DNA of 64,000 bases from an uncultured Phycisphaerales bacterium (GTDB taxonomy: Bacteria > Planctomycetota > Phycisphaerae > Tepidisphaerales > Tepidisphaeraceae), in assembly GCA_963755915.1 (NCBI GenBank), contig CAVWLP010000002.1, positions 2,272,001 through 2,336,000 of the forward strand, in the 5' to 3' direction. This document shows positions 62,182-64,000 of the stretch, one piece after another. The notes under the pieces are model-generated. The model was given only the letters and a program-made list of their open reading frames with translations, did not search any database and was not told the origin of the DNA. Both the position numbers and the translations under genes were made by a program. Numbering within the stretch: the first letter of the stretch is position 1; every line of letters begins with the position of its first letter.

Positions 62182-62738
62182 ATGTTGATCAGGGAAAGAA
62201 CCATTCAGGGTGGTGCCACGGATGAACTTGAAATCCTGCAATCCGACGCGTCCGCATCGTGGTTTGTGCTGCACACGCTGAGCCGGCAGGAAAAACAGCT
62301 CTGCGAGGATTTAGATGACCGCTTTATCCGTCATTTCTTACCGCTGGTAACCAAGACACATTACTACGGGCGGCGCAAGGTTGTGGCTGAGCTGCCGCTG
62401 TTTCCCGGGTATCTGTTCATGCTGGGTTCGATTGAGCAGGCATACAGCGCCGATCGCACCGGTCGTGTCGCCCGCATTCTGCCTGTCTCCGATCAGGATC
62501 AACTGAACTGGGAGATGCGCAATCTTCAAATTGCGCTTCATCGCAAGGCGGTTTTGGACATCTATCCAAACCTTCGGGCGGCGCGCGGGTCGAAGTGCGG
62601 TCGGGGCCATTTCGGCGGTTGCAGGGGGTAATCGACGAACGTCCCGGTAAACGAAATCAGCTTTTTCTCCAGGTGACGACTTTGGGAAAGGGAGTGAGCC
62701 TGGAGATTGACGGCAGTTTGTTGGAATTGCTGGAGTAG
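62182..62738 (+). CDS. NusG paralogue (UpxY/RfaH-like antiterminator), frameshift ~62580
   Basis: WFVLHT.SRQEK, PLFPGYLF, KOW V..GPF.GLQG in shifted frame. Confidence 0.88.
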
Positions 62739-62922
62739 CCGTGATTGGCGCTCCAGACTGAGTCTAAGTTGTTCATTCTGTTGTAGTAAGGGCTAACGCA
62801 TCGCGAAAAATGCGCATGCGACGGGGGCGGAGTCTTGCCTGATGGTTGGTTCAAGCCTCAGCTTTCAACGGGAAGGTTGGGTTGCAAAAGAGTTGGAGTA
62901 ACGACCCTTGGGAGGAAGTGCA

Positions 62923-63708
62923 ATGTTGGACAGCGACAACGCGGTATCCGTGGTCTCGGCACAAAATCGGGATATCCTTCCGATATCCCTCACCCACGCG
63001 CATCAGCACCGAAGAATCAAATGGTATCCGGAAATAAAAATGTTCGTGGAATGGTTTTGCGCATTGGGATTAATGATCCTTTTAGCCCCGCTCGTGGTGT
63101 TCCTGGCGCTGATCGTGAAACTGAGTTCGAAAGGTCCGGCGGTCTACAAACAGGCGAGAGTCGGTTATCGCGGTAAGGTTTTTCAGATCTACAAGATTCG
63201 AACGATGGTGCACAACGCCGAATCAGAGACTGGGCCGGTCTGGGCGACGAGGGACGATACTCGGATCACCTCCTTCGGCGCGTTTCTGAGAGCTACCCAT
63301 CTTGACGAGCTTCCCCAGCTTTTCAACGTGCTGAAGATGGAAATGAGTTTGATTGGACCCAGGCCGGAGCGGCCGGAAATCGAATCACAAATCGCCGAGA
63401 AGTTTTCGGTATTTCGCAACCGGCTCGCCGTCAGGCCCGGAATCACCGGGCTGTCGCAGATGCTGCTTCCGGCGGACGACCCGGCTGATCGGGTTCTGGA
63501 ATGCGTTCGCCGAAAATTGGAGTATGATCTCTACTACGTCCGCCACGTTAGTCTGCTCTTGGATTTGAGAATCTACATCGGCACGGTCTGCCGGCAGATT
63601 GCGCTGACGATGGAATCGGTTTGCCGGGTTCTGACCAACTCCTGCCGCACGGCGATCGAGGCGGATCGGGACATGCAGGTTTCGTTTGATATTGAACAGG
63701 AGCAATGA
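62923..63708 (+). CDS. Bacterial sugar transferase (priming glycosyltransferase)
   Basis: YKIRTM, FLRATHLDELPQLFNV, MSLIGPRPERP, VRPGITGLSQ, KLEYDLYY. Confidence 0.93.
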   Translation: MLDSDNAVSVVSAQNRDILPISLTHAHQHRRIKWYPEIKMFVEWFCALGLMILLAPLVVFLALIVKLSSKGPAVYKQARVGYRGKVFQIYKIRTMVHNAESETGPVWATRDDTRITSFGAFLRATHLDELPQLFNVLKMEMSLIGPRPERPEIESQIAEKFSVFRNRLAVRPGITGLSQMLLPADDPADRVLECVRRKLEYDLYYVRHVSLLLDLRIYIGTVCRQIALTMESVCRVLTNSCRTAIEADRDMQVSFDIEQEQ

Positions 63709-63717
63709 AGTAACATT

Positions 63718-64000
63718 ATGACTTCCGGATGGCCAGGCGCCCCCAAAGTTGAAGCTGCACACGGCGAAGACTCTGTCTCCAGACGTTCCGACCTTGCGCT
63801 GGGCGGCTACCATTCGCAACCGTCGGAATTCGCCGCCCCTGCCACCGTCGAAATCCCGGTCTCAAAATCTTCCGAACTGGGGCTGCGGGCACTTGTCGCT
63901 TTGCGACGGGCGTGGGCGTGGCTGGTTGTGAGCGGGTTGATCATCGGTGGCGGCGTCGCCTTCGTGAGTTGGAAGTATTCGCACGCAATGTATCGCAGCG
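63718..64000 (+). CDS. Partial Wzz/Wzc-like chain-length regulator (runs off window, frameshifted)
   Basis: ALRRAWAWLVVSGLIIGGGVAF TM after sugar transferase. Confidence 0.35.
   Translation, partial: MTSGWPGAPKVEAAHGEDSVSRRSDLALGGYHSQPSEFAAPATVEIPVSKSSELGLRALVALRRAWAWLVVSGLIIGGGVAFVSWKYSHAMYRS

Noticed and set aside
1627-62738. Numerous frameshifts (TrmH, FtsK, HAD, trpB, terminase, portal, capsid, pilM, NusG paralogue) as pseudogenes or programmed recoding
   Set aside because: They hit housekeeping and accessory genes alike, often at homopolymers, and the duplicate at 1-69 preserves the base missing at ~1711; most likely long-read errors.

Overview
GC-rich bacterial chromosome segment. The CxxCGYDLRATPxRCPECG protein, the ECF sigma types, a VPLP-CTERM protein and the PilM-fusion locus suggest Planctomycetota, probably Phycisphaerae/Tepidisphaerales (inference). 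Many genes carry single-base indels, typical of an unpolished long-read assembly. Housekeeping content: TrmH-family methylase, ilvD, trpBA, moaD, nth, queE, mtaB, dtd, pilM locus, tmRNA and the start of an EPS locus. Accessory content: (i) a WXG100 + FtsK/EssC-like type VII secretion-like operon (3.1-9.0 kb); (ii) small Fic and XRE/ImmA islets; (iii) an AAC(6')-like GNAT fused to MoaE; (iv) a ~22 kb head-and-tail phage-like operon (24.3-46.7 kb) in which I see no integrase, transposase, replication, endolysin or tape-measure gene. That operon is preceded by a bipartite motif (20 bp + 15 bp identical blocks) that recurs 37 kb away in host DNA. It ends in a CI-like repressor with altered autocleavage residues, facing a sigma-70-region-4 gene. 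My best candidate for an undescribed system is this domesticated, host-regulated, GTA-like particle locus; the T7SS-like operon is the second. All family calls are from motif recognition by eye, not database searches.
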